Shown piece by piece: positions 24,790 to 33,549 of a stretch of 64,000 nucleotides of DNA. The notes under the pieces are model-generated. The model saw only the letters and a program-made list of their open reading frames with translations. It was not told where the DNA came from and made no database searches. The DNA lies in the IMG/VR virus record IMGVR_UViG_3300049988_000124, positions 96,001 through 160,000 of that record; one strand, given 5' to 3'. The DNA comes from a virus (Duplodnaviria > Caudoviricetes). A program made the position numbers and the translations under genes. How positions within the stretch are numbered: position 1 is the first letter of the stretch; each line of letters begins with the position of its first letter.

Positions 24790-27429
24790 TCAGTTGATCC
24801 CCATGACAGCCCGCAAGGTATTGGCCATCTCATCCTGGTTCACGGGACGCTGTGCCTGTTCTGCGGTGTTGGGGTTCACGAACCGACGAGGATCACGCTG
24901 AAGCTCATCAGCAGTGGTCGGGATCGGGACGGCTGAGCGGTCAACCATGGTGCCCAAGAACTTCAAATCAGCCTCGATGATCTTGCGCATGGCTGGATCA
25001 TGCGTGCGCTTGAGTGCGCTAGACAATTCCTCGATACGCTCGCGGATCTTGTTCTGCTTCTCCTCAATCAAATGAGCCTTGTCGTGCATGTTGGCACCAT
25101 TCAAGCTCATCACACTTCCTGGTTTAATACCGTAGAAGTCATGATGCTTGGCATGAAGAATGAACCAGAGTGCCAGGAGCCAGGCAACCGTGGTATCATC
25201 GTGGCCACCCACTGCATGGTCAACACGACCATTGCGCACCGTCAGGGAGTTCAGTTCACGAATGAGCGTCTGATCCTTGATGCGCGTCTGGGCACGCTCT
25301 GCTCCTTCGAGAAGAACATCACCGTAGAGCTTATCGCGGGCAGACTTATCGGTCTTGATACCAAAGTAGCGCTTGGCTTGTGTGTCGAGAAGATTCAAGT
25401 CACGAATGTCGAAGCGGGCATATTCTGCCTCGTGGCGATTGTTGGCAATCCAGTTAAAGATGCGGGTGAAAGGATTCTGCCCGTGCTTTCTCAAGAAAAG
25501 TGCCACGATGTCGATGAGCGAGGTACCTGAACTCTTATTCTCCGGGATCCAGACGATCTTGGGATATCTGAGCATCAAGTCTGCAATCATCACACCGAGC
25601 TTGTTGATGTTACCCTCAGTACAGTGGAAGGTGAACATCGTGTCCAGACTGCGTGGGTCAATACCCACGAGCGTGGTCGCATCTCGGCCGATCATCTCAG
25701 AAGAATCGCAACCAACAACGATGGACTTTTCCTTGAACGCGGCACTGCGTACTACTGATTCTGGAACGTACCAGTAGATGGCAAACTTATCGCTCAAGAT
25801 CTCGACCCAGTCAGGATCACGCTGACACTGGTTGATCATCGCCAGAACGTGCTTGGGAATGATCGGGGTCTCAGCAATCGACACGCGCTGGTTCAAGAAG
25901 TCGCGCTTCACCTGATCCTCAGTCATGCGACCACGGCGGATACGCTCGCGCAACCATTCATTGTCGTAGCCGAGCTGGAGGTGCGAGAACACACCCAGGA
26001 TCATCTTCTGCGGTGAGCGACCAGCAACCAGGTCATGGAGGATCTCACGATTCTCCACATCGTAGAGCTGCTCGGTAAAGGGCATCGCCCCCTCTAGGAT
26101 GGCGGCTGCCTCCTTACACGGCTGGGTCATGGGATCACCAGCGGTGGTCGTGATCAGGTTGGAGTGAGGCTTGCCGTTCTTCTTAGCGTTCTCACGCGCC
26201 GTAGAACCCGATGACATGATCGTCGGGTAAGACGTTCCGATGTTGGCGGTATACTCAAGCTCGTCCCAGTGGAACATGGGCATCGAGCCACCGCGACCCT
26301 GCTTATCGGCTGCTGCCTTCTCCTTCTGCGCCACGAACGTTTGATAGTGCGTGCGGTACTGGTTGTAGTAGATCTCCTCGGCGTTGAACTTGTCCTTGAA
26401 CTTGTCTTTGAGGAGCCACCAAGAGGGAAGGTTATCACCGAACGCCTTGACGCGCTTCACGTTCTCCTGGCGAAGATCGTTGTCCTTGGCCATCATGCCA
26501 ACGACGTACTCGAGGCCTGAGCTGTACATGATGGATGCGGTCAGACTCAGCGCACACACGGTGTTGTGGGTGACAATGTAGTCGTCGGTGATGTAGAGGT
26601 GGTCAGGGTGATCAATAACGATACACTGCGCTTCCTCATTGGCAACGAAGTCGTAGGACTCGATCTTAGCCCGGTCGATCTCAGGCGTGTTGGGGTCAGA
26701 TACCGGCAAGTAGATATCGAACCCGAAGTTCATGAGGTCATTCAACTCGAACACATCGTAGATGTCGTGCTCGGGGTGAACATAGGCTTTCCACATATGG
26801 TCAGCGGTTGACTCAGCACTGCGACCACCAGCAAGGTTGACCTTGAAGATGTCCTGCAAGCCTTGAGGATGGACCTCCAAGACCTTGGCTTCAGATCCAT
26901 CGGGTGTGATCACCCAGTGGTCCGTCGTGATCTCACCCATCGTTACCCAACCAACCGTGGTCAAGATACGAGCCCGCAACGGCTGGGGCTTACCAGTCTG
27001 GCGAGGCTGCATGGAGGTATAGTCAAGACCATTCAACCAGCACCAGGTCATGGCGCACGAACCACGGTCCAGACGGAAGGGCACAGGGTTACCACCCTGC
27101 TCGTAGATGCGCAGGCATTCACGAAGGAAGTACCAGGTGTTACGACGAGCCTCCACCTGCACCTTGGTGCGCAGGATGTTGTTCTCGGGCGTATTCTCCT
27201 CTAGCGCATGAACGTCAACATCGACGAGGTCAGGATCGTAGAGGGTGAGAGGAAAGGCGTAGTTCTTGATACCCATCCGCTTTAGCAGATGGCAAGTACG
27301 AAGGAATGACTCGTTCTTGGTGGTGGCGTGGGGGATGGCGCGCCAATGACCCTTGGGAGTCTTCCACTGGTTCTGGAAGGTGATAGCCATGATGGACTCG
27401 GTTTGTATAAAAAGATGACGGGGAGGCAT
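24790..27429 (-). CDS. terL: Terminase large subunit (phiKZ gp25-like) containing an intein
   Basis: VEARRNTWYFLRE, Walker A PRQTGK/T split by the intein, Walker B FHWDE, TTTAGD, nuclease motifs GCDSSE and GGHDDTTVAWLL; alternative start MAITFQ at 27390. Confidence 0.92.
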   Translation of the reverse strand: MPPRHLFIQTESIMAITFQNQWKTPKGHWRAIPHATTKNESFLRTCHLLKRMGIKNYAFPLTLYDPDLVDVDVHALEENTPENNILRTKVQVEARRNTWYFLRECLRIYEQGGNPVPFRLDRGSCAMTWCWLNGLDYTSMQPRQTGKPQPLRARILTTVGWVTMGEITTDHWVITPDGSEAKVLEVHPQGLQDIFKVNLAGGRSAESTADHMWKAYVHPEHDIYDVFELNDLMNFGFDIYLPVSDPNTPEIDRAKIESYDFVANEEAQCIVIDHPDHLYITDDYIVTHNTVCALSLTASIMYSSGLEYVVGMMAKDNDLRQENVKRVKAFGDNLPSWWLLKDKFKDKFNAEEIYYNQYRTHYQTFVAQKEKAAADKQGRGGSMPMFHWDELEYTANIGTSYPTIMSSGSTARENAKKNGKPHSNLITTTAGDPMTQPCKEAAAILEGAMPFTEQLYDVENREILHDLVAGRSPQKMILGVFSHLQLGYDNEWLRERIRRGRMTEDQVKRDFLNQRVSIAETPIIPKHVLAMINQCQRDPDWVEILSDKFAIYWYVPESVVRSAAFKEKSIVVGCDSSEMIGRDATTLVGIDPRSLDTMFTFHCTEGNINKLGVMIADLMLRYPKIVWIPENKSSGTSLIDIVALFLRKHGQNPFTRIFNWIANNRHEAEYARFDIRDLNLLDTQAKRYFGIKTDKSARDKLYGDVLLEGAERAQTRIKDQTLIRELNSLTVRNGRVDHAVGGHDDTTVAWLLALWFILHAKHHDFYGIKPGSVMSLNGANMHDKAHLIEEKQNKIRERIEELSSALKRTHDPAMRKIIEADLKFLGTMVDRSAVPIPTTADELQRDPRRFVNPNTAEQAQRPVNQDEMANTLRAVMGIN
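26563..26988 (-). mobile_element. Class 3 mini-intein (142 aa, no homing endonuclease) in TerL
   Basis: Begins PQPLRARILT..GW, block B STADHMW, block F AQCI, block G IVTHN followed by Thr; removing it restores PRQTGK-TVCALS. Confidence 0.9.
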
Positions 27430-27471
27430 GACATAGACAGAAGTTATTTCGTTCTTTATGTCAGCAACAAT

Positions 27472-27507
27472 CAGTGTAGAGAGAGCTTTCGCCCTCTCTA
27501 CACACTG
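27472..27507. terminator. Imperfect GA-arm hairpin
   Basis: CAGTGTAGAGAGAGC-TTTC-GCCCTCTCTACACACTG after the 27530 stop. Confidence 0.55.
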
Positions 27508-27529
27508 GTGTCATAGTAAAGTAGGTGTT

Positions 27530-28156
27530 TTACGCCTTACGAGCGTCCTTGAAGCGAGAATCGGGTACTGCAACGTGTGAACCACGGTCCAGACGATCAC
27601 CCTCCTCAGCGGTCAGCAGACCGCGCTCTACGGCCTTCGAGACCATCCACTTGAAGTAATCATGGATAGCCTTGATCGGACCCGATGCATCCTCGGAGCG
27701 ATGCGTCATGTAGGAGGGAATGAACAGTGCGCCCTCGGTTCCCTTGATGATGGTCTCGGGAATGAGGTAGAAGTAAGCGAGGCCGTCGTAGACCACGTTG
27801 TCGAGCTGGATGCTGAGCTTGGCCTTCGTGGAGGTAAGCGCTGTCATCAGGTTGATGAGGGCACCGGGCGGAATGTCGGCCATGACCGAGAGCACGGTGA
27901 GACGAACGACGTTGGTCTCATTTAGACCAGCCAGCCAGATGGCAAGCTGCTGTGCTTCAGTCTCACCGTCCATGCAGTGACACACGTAGATAGTTGCATA
28001 GAACACGCCGTTATCAACAACGATGTTCAGAGGCTTGAAGTTACTGGGACCCTTCTGACCAGACCCCATGGTAAGGTCAGGGGTAAATGACTCCAGCGCC
28101 ATGCTGGTGTCTGATGCAGGGAGGTCATCGCCCCAAGGAATGATGTCGCCAATCAT
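27530..28156 (-). CDS. Catalytically inactive ClpP-fold protein (ClpR-like) with N-terminal propeptide
   Basis: Aligns by eye to the adjacent ClpP domain (LMTALTSTKAKL vs LISAINRTKAKV; GLLTAEE vs GLFTEAE) but lacks the catalytic Ser and His; has MALESF near the N-terminus; likely start MIGD at 28156. Confidence 0.6.
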   Translation of the reverse strand: MIGDIIPWGDDLPASDTSMALESFTPDLTMGSGQKGPSNFKPLNIVVDNGVFYATIYVCHCMDGETEAQQLAIWLAGLNETNVVRLTVLSVMADIPPGALINLMTALTSTKAKLSIQLDNVVYDGLAYFYLIPETIIKGTEGALFIPSYMTHRSEDASGPIKAIHDYFKWMVSKAVERGLLTAEEGDRLDRGSHVAVPDSRFKDARKA

Positions 28157-28180
28157 GATGTTGTATCCTAAAACAAACAA

Positions 28181-29338
28181 TTACGCGCCAGTGGTCTCGC
28201 CGCTGATTTCACCCACGCGACTGATGGCTTCACGCCCTGAGATGTAGACGTCCGACGACTTGTCAATCATGTCACGCATCTCAGCCTCGGTGAAGAGACC
28301 CGTCTTAACCAGCGTCTCCAAACGCTGCGTGATGTAGTTGACGCAGAACACGGCCTTGGCCTGAATGTCGGTGGTCTTACCAGCCAGGAGCTGCGATGAC
28401 ATGTGCTGCATGAAGTAAGCACCGGGACGAATCCGACGCTGATGTCCAGCAGCCCAGATTGCGGTAGCAGCCGATGCAACGCAGCCCTCAGCGATGGTGA
28501 TAACTTTGGCCTTGGTGCGATTGATCGCCGAGATCAGACGACCCATCAGAATCACTGACCCGCCGGGCGAAGCGATATGGATGTAGGCGGTGTCCTTCTC
28601 GGTAGCCATCTCCAAGATGCGACAGTAAATGTCGATCGGGTTCGACCACACGTCGTGGCAGAGGGCTGAGTAGAAGTACATGTGGTACTTGAACGCATTC
28701 TCACCAGCCACCGAGGTCTTGATCTTGGGACCCTTGGAGAGATCAGGGAGTTCGACAATCACACCACCGACCTCGTCGCGAGGTGCTGGCATGTCACCGC
28801 CGGGGCGGAAGAACGCCTGGATACCCTGAACCTTCTGGAAGCTCACACCCTTGCCGGTGAACTGCGAGGAGGGACGAATGGTGTTACCCTCACCCTTGAT
28901 CCAGCTAGCGAATGCCTCCGCTGTAAAGGTCGTGATCGCACCGATGCGATTACCGCCTGAGCCATCGGAGAAGACCTGGCTATAGGTGTGGATCACTTCA
29001 CCCACTGAGCTAAAGCCCAGCATGACCTTGTGCTCATCGAAATAGCCGGTCTGCGGATTGATCTGGTCAATGACGTAGATCTCACCCTTATCATCAGGAG
29101 AGGACGCCAGGTAGAAGTCGAGCTCTTCACCGTGTGAGTCAGTGGTACCCAGGATACGACCGTAAGCGACCGGGAACTCGTTGGCGATAACGATACCAGC
29201 GATTGTCTTGCGACGGATTTCGCCTGCGAGGAACTCGATCACCAGAGTCAGGCAACCGAAGGTATAAGGAACTTCTGTTTCCCAGTCATGGTCGAAGCTC
29301 GGCAGAGCCACGGGCGTAGTAGCAGATGCAGTGCGCAT
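28181..29338 (-). CDS. clpP: InPase-domain / ClpP protease fusion
   Basis: N-half YG.I.GT..G.ELD..L..VYVIDQ..G.FDEHKVMLGF matches the inorganic pyrophosphatase-like InPase domain of polyvalent proteins. C-half IHIASPGGSV, GCVASAAT (Ser), AYFMQH (His), SSDVYIS.REA (Asp) is ClpP-type. Confidence 0.8.
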   Translation of the reverse strand: MRTASATTPVALPSFDHDWETEVPYTFGCLTLVIEFLAGEIRRKTIAGIVIANEFPVAYGRILGTTDSHGEELDFYLASSPDDKGEIYVIDQINPQTGYFDEHKVMLGFSSVGEVIHTYSQVFSDGSGGNRIGAITTFTAEAFASWIKGEGNTIRPSSQFTGKGVSFQKVQGIQAFFRPGGDMPAPRDEVGGVIVELPDLSKGPKIKTSVAGENAFKYHMYFYSALCHDVWSNPIDIYCRILEMATEKDTAYIHIASPGGSVILMGRLISAINRTKAKVITIAEGCVASAATAIWAAGHQRRIRPGAYFMQHMSSQLLAGKTTDIQAKAVFCVNYITQRLETLVKTGLFTEAEMRDMIDKSSDVYISGREAISRVGEISGETTGA

Positions 29339-29419
29339 GAACTAATCTTTCTTCGTGTAAAAAGATACCAAGCCTTGGTTAAGGGCTCAAACAAGTGTGC
29401 ATAACATTTCGCTAGAACA

Positions 29420-29449
29420 TACCTAGGAGGGCATCAGCCCTCCTAGGTA
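29420..29449. terminator. GA-arm hairpin
   Basis: TACCTAGGAGGGC-ATCA-GCCCTCCTAGGTA. Confidence 0.75.
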
Positions 29450-29457
29450 CATGAGTC

Positions 29458-30732
29458 TTAGTGACCTGCCAGACGCAGGAGAACAGAAGCGATCAGATGG
29501 TAACCACCACCGATGTAGGTCTTAGCCAGACGATAGGTCGCCCAGAAGAGACTGGTGATGATCGTGTGCGAGACACGCTTGGAGACACCGGGGACCTGAA
29601 GAGCCTCGGTGGCAGCCACGTCCTTGGCACTGCTCAGATAAGTCGTTGCACCCTTCACGAAGGTAGCGATAGCCGACTGTACCTTACCCGTCACTGTGAT
29701 GATGTTGTTGCTCAGCGAGACGATGTTCTGCTGTGTCCAACCGAGCTCCTGGAGGGTCCCAACGGTTGGGACATCACCCACCATATGGGCAGCTCCTGCC
29801 TTCTCGGCATGGAACTTGGCTGTGCGGTAAAGAGCATTAACCTCGACTTGTGCTTTGGACACGCCGTGTACATTAACACCCTGAAGAAGTTTATCTGCGC
29901 CCGCGTTGTCGAATTTGGTAAACATGGAGAAGCCGCGTGCTGACCCGTCAGCACTTTGTGTTTTGTTTACCAACTGCTGTGCTTCGAAAATGATCTTCTC
30001 GATGTCAGCATTGTGCTGACCCAGACGCTGGCCAATGAGCGCAATAGCAGCTGCAGCTGCAGCAATGCCACCGACTGCAATCAGAGCAGACTTATAGGGA
30101 TGCGCCTTGATGGTGCGACCGACGGACTTGGTCGTGTCGGCAACCTTCTGTGCCGCTACCTTCGCTGAAGCTACGATCTTTCCGCTGACGTCCTTGAAAG
30201 AGATATCACCGATGCGCTTGACGAAGTTCAAGATCTTGACTGACCAGGCAGCAGCCTTGTCCTTGATCTTGTCCATGATGCCCTCAAGGGCCATCTTCGA
30301 CTGATAGTCCTCAGGACCAGCAGCGGCCATGTCCTCGACAGCGATCGAGGCAAGTGACGTACCAGCCAGGAGGTTGGTGGCCTGCATCATGCCGAACGAG
30401 GCAGGGCTCACGCCGTGCGCTTCGATGACGTCGCACGCACCGTTCAGCTGATCGATCTCGTTGGTCAGCTGGAAGAGCTCATTGCCCTCGTCCTGCATCT
30501 GCTCATCGAGCGAGGGAAGGCTCTCCAGACCAGCCTCATCCATCGCATCAATCTGAGCGAGCACAGCGTCGTGCTGCGACATGATGTCCATCGACTCGAG
30601 ACCCAGGTTGTCTCCTGAGACCTTGTCGTGGTTAATGAAGGCGATCAGCTGAGCCGAAGGACCCATCGCTGCGGTGATCGCCTTATACGCCAGGCCCATT
30701 TCCTGGCGCTCGAGAGCTTGTTCAAATGACAT
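29458..30732 (-). CDS. Inner-head/ejection protein with long acidic propeptide (paralog 1)
   Basis: Repeated maturation motifs LGLES, AGLES, IAVED and MALEG in an acidic N-terminus; directly follows the head protease gene; likely start MSFEQ at 30732. Confidence 0.7.
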   Translation of the reverse strand: MSFEQALERQEMGLAYKAITAAMGPSAQLIAFINHDKVSGDNLGLESMDIMSQHDAVLAQIDAMDEAGLESLPSLDEQMQDEGNELFQLTNEIDQLNGACDVIEAHGVSPASFGMMQATNLLAGTSLASIAVEDMAAAGPEDYQSKMALEGIMDKIKDKAAAWSVKILNFVKRIGDISFKDVSGKIVASAKVAAQKVADTTKSVGRTIKAHPYKSALIAVGGIAAAAAAIALIGQRLGQHNADIEKIIFEAQQLVNKTQSADGSARGFSMFTKFDNAGADKLLQGVNVHGVSKAQVEVNALYRTAKFHAEKAGAAHMVGDVPTVGTLQELGWTQQNIVSLSNNIITVTGKVQSAIATFVKGATTYLSSAKDVAATEALQVPGVSKRVSHTIITSLFWATYRLAKTYIGGGYHLIASVLLRLAGH

Positions 30733-30736
30733 GGTA

Positions 30737-31585
30737 TTAGATTTCCTTGAAGAAGTCGTTGAGGATCCCACGGGTGTAGAGACCCGGGAAGCGATCCATC
30801 ATGGAAGGATCGGGCTTGACAATCGTGGTCGACTGAATGATGCGTGCCACATCACAGGTACCGAACAGTTCGTTCAGGTCACTGTTGTGGAAGCTCTCCA
30901 GCGCTACCTGGTCGATGACGAGGTTGCCGTTCTCCGTGATGTTAACGCTGCACTCGAGGTGATTGTCGGAAGCAAAGGACTCCAGACCAATCGCGTTTGC
31001 CTTGTCAGTCGTCGCATAGCCCGAGGGACCAACGGTGTCGAAGGTGGTGAGCGAGCGCACCGTGCGGTACTTCAGACCATTGGGTTTCACCTGCGTATCA
31101 ACGTAGGCACGAAGTGAGAAGGCGGTGTTCAGGATCGGATCATCAAGGCTGTCCTTGAAGACCTGACCCATGGGTCCGGTAGGCTTTACATTGGCCCGGA
31201 GCACGACGGGTGTTCCAGGGCGAGCATTGTCGTCGGTGTAGAAAGATGTAAAAAGATGCGAGATATTGCGTTCGTCAATCATGGTGAGGCGCTGAAGCTT
31301 CTCACCGTCACTTAGCCCGAGGAAGCTCGGGTGACCGTACTCGCCGTAGGCCTTCTGCTGCGAGAAGATCTTGGCGAACCGGGATTCAGGATTGGTGATC
31401 TGGTTCATGATCGAGGTCGGGTCGTAGTAGGTACGCTGCTGCGTTTCCTCACCCAAGACCATCATCGGTAGACCAGAGTAGATACCGTTGTCGTCGGGGC
31501 GGATGGTACCGACCCGGTTGTTGCGGCGAACGTAGAGTGTTTCCACTCGGAACGAGATGTTCCTTGGAATAGCAAAACTAGACAT
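30737..31585 (-). CDS. Prohead maturation protease (phiKZ gp175 / SPN3US gp245-like)
   Basis: AYGEYGHP, NISH, VKPTGPMG, NTAFSLR and TFDTV..G; C-terminal self-cleavage-like GLES and ALES motifs. Confidence 0.88.
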   Translation of the reverse strand: MSSFAIPRNISFRVETLYVRRNNRVGTIRPDDNGIYSGLPMMVLGEETQQRTYYDPTSIMNQITNPESRFAKIFSQQKAYGEYGHPSFLGLSDGEKLQRLTMIDERNISHLFTSFYTDDNARPGTPVVLRANVKPTGPMGQVFKDSLDDPILNTAFSLRAYVDTQVKPNGLKYRTVRSLTTFDTVGPSGYATTDKANAIGLESFASDNHLECSVNITENGNLVIDQVALESFHNSDLNELFGTCDVARIIQSTTIVKPDPSMMDRFPGLYTRGILNDFFKEI

Positions 31586-31657
31586 GGTATCCTTCTATAT
31601 TCGAATCCTCCTAGGACAAGCACGTCCTGGGCTTTACATAAGATTTAGTGAATACCC

Positions 31658-31685
31658 ACACAGGGAGGCATTTGCCTCCCTGTGT
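31658..31685. terminator. GA-arm hairpin
   Basis: ACACAGGGAGGCA-TT-TGCCTCCCTGTGT. Confidence 0.75.
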
Positions 31686-31696
31686 AAGCATCGTTG

Positions 31697-32434
31697 TTAC
31701 TTCTGATTGGCAAGTTTAGGGGCAATCTTCTTCAGCAATGCCTCTGCCTGATCGGCTGATCCAGCACCGGTGGTGTCCATCCCGTGCATGAGATGAATAG
31801 TGCGGTTGATGATCGCTTCGATCTTGGCCTTGTCCTCGCCAGCATCAGCGAGTGACGCACGCGCAGCAGCGAGCTTTGCCTGGTGACTGGTAACAGTATC
31901 CTTGCTCTGCTTTTGTGCGTTCTTGGTCCAAGCAACAGCCGTGTTGTAATTGGCCTGATTCCAACCGGACGATTCGATATCCTTGGCACCTTTACCCACG
32001 ATGTGATTGTTGACCTCGGAGAGGTTCTTGAAGTACGTCTCCTGGCTATCCTCAACCTTCTTCTCGAACGCTTCCCATGCTTTAAGGTCAGCCTTGGCTG
32101 GTACCTTGTTCAGGACCGCGTTCAGATAGTTGATCGTGTGCGTGTGAAAGTTCTGGAAACTCACGAACTCGCTGCGAAGAGGAATCTTCTCACCGAACAA
32201 CTTGCTAAGGAGACCCTCGATCGCCAGATGCATGCTGGTATCAGTGCCGATGTGTTCAACGATCTGCTCATGCTGATCCATGATGTTGAACGACTCGAGA
32301 CCCAGTGAGTCGGGAGTAACGCGGTCGTAGTTTACGAATGCCACGAGCTGAGGCGACGGACCCATCTGCGTGGTGATCCGCTGATAGGCACGGCCCATGC
32401 GGTAGCGCTGGTATAGTGAATTGAAGTCAGACAT
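31697..32434 (-). CDS. Inner-head protein (paralog 2)
   Basis: Shared N-terminal module MG.AY..IT..MGPS.QLVAFVNYD.V..SLGLESF.IMDQHE, then LAIEG. Confidence 0.7.
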   Translation of the reverse strand: MSDFNSLYQRYRMGRAYQRITTQMGPSPQLVAFVNYDRVTPDSLGLESFNIMDQHEQIVEHIGTDTSMHLAIEGLLSKLFGEKIPLRSEFVSFQNFHTHTINYLNAVLNKVPAKADLKAWEAFEKKVEDSQETYFKNLSEVNNHIVGKGAKDIESSGWNQANYNTAVAWTKNAQKQSKDTVTSHQAKLAAARASLADAGEDKAKIEAIINRTIHLMHGMDTTGAGSADQAEALLKKIAPKLANQK

Positions 32435-32475
32435 TGAGGGTACCTTCTACTTGTTTCTTGTCTGCTGACGGACTG

Positions 32476-33519
32476 TTACTTGTGATTGATCTCGTAGTGC
32501 CGTGAGACATGAATCATCGACTTGTACAGCCAATGCTCAATCTTAATAATGAGAGCGACTGCGTCGCTGACACATTTACTGGCTTTGTTCATCGAGACAA
32601 GAACGTGAGCCGGAACCATCTTCATCAGCGCTTCGTGCTGAGAGCGACGGTTCTGACGCGCCATTTCATTGGTTGCCGACCGTGCTGCATGCTCTACCCA
32701 GTTACGATTCTTGTGATCGTCTCCTCCCCTGGAAAAGCTGGTGGCAACGTTCATGACGTCAGATTGGCGGCTGTACGAATCCCACCTCTGCTGATGTTGC
32801 GAGGCTTTGATGAGCAGAAGAAGCTTGGCCATCTGGTCGCACGTATCAGTGACTCGGTCAGCGTAGGTGTGATACTTATCCTGCGAGACAGCGATTGCCT
32901 TCAGTGTTCCTTTGAAGGTCGCAACATTCCACCCACCCTTGGCGAAGTCATCTTCCTTACCAAAGTCCTCGAATGCTGCGGCATTGCGCTCGGTATTGCG
33001 AATGTGGGCACCGAGCTGACTCGAGCCAGAGTTCTGGATGTGCGCTTTGTAGAATTTCTCCCACGCATCACCGTCCGTACCACCCGGGATCTTGGGAAGA
33101 ATGAAATCAAGCGTCTTGAACGCATCGTCGATGTAGCGAAGCGCTCGCTCTGCTTGACCCTTCGAGATCGTGTAGATGTTGCTGCTCTTCTCACTAAGAG
33201 GCTCACGCATCATGTCGGTGAGGTTGTCGGCACGGTTGAACGTGATCTTGTTCTTGAACCGCTCCGCCACTGACTTCAGGCGACCCATGAAGCTCTCGCA
33301 CGCCATGTTCATTGACGGGTCTGCGAGAATCTCAGCAACGATAGCTTCGTGCTGATCCATGATGTCGAATGATTCAAGACCGATTGACTCACCCGTCACC
33401 TTGTCGTAATTGACAAAAGCAACGAGATGATGCGAGGGTCCCAGCTGGGCGGTAATTGACAGGTAAGCCATACCCATCGCGTAACGATCAACTAGGGCAT
33501 CGGTAACTGGGTCACTCAT
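32476..33519 (-). CDS. Inner-head protein (paralog 3)
   Basis: Same N-terminal module (IGLESFDIMDQHE), then MACES. Confidence 0.7.
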   Translation of the reverse strand: MSDPVTDALVDRYAMGMAYLSITAQLGPSHHLVAFVNYDKVTGESIGLESFDIMDQHEAIVAEILADPSMNMACESFMGRLKSVAERFKNKITFNRADNLTDMMREPLSEKSSNIYTISKGQAERALRYIDDAFKTLDFILPKIPGGTDGDAWEKFYKAHIQNSGSSQLGAHIRNTERNAAAFEDFGKEDDFAKGGWNVATFKGTLKAIAVSQDKYHTYADRVTDTCDQMAKLLLLIKASQHQQRWDSYSRQSDVMNVATSFSRGGDDHKNRNWVEHAARSATNEMARQNRRSQHEALMKMVPAHVLVSMNKASKCVSDAVALIIKIEHWLYKSMIHVSRHYEINHK

Positions 33520-33549
33520 GTGTTTGTCCTTTGGAGTGTTAAAAGATAA

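Noticed and set aside
31599-31608. TTCGAATCC T-loop-like sequence
   Set aside because: No cloverleaf can be built around it; no tRNA gene was found anywhere in the window.
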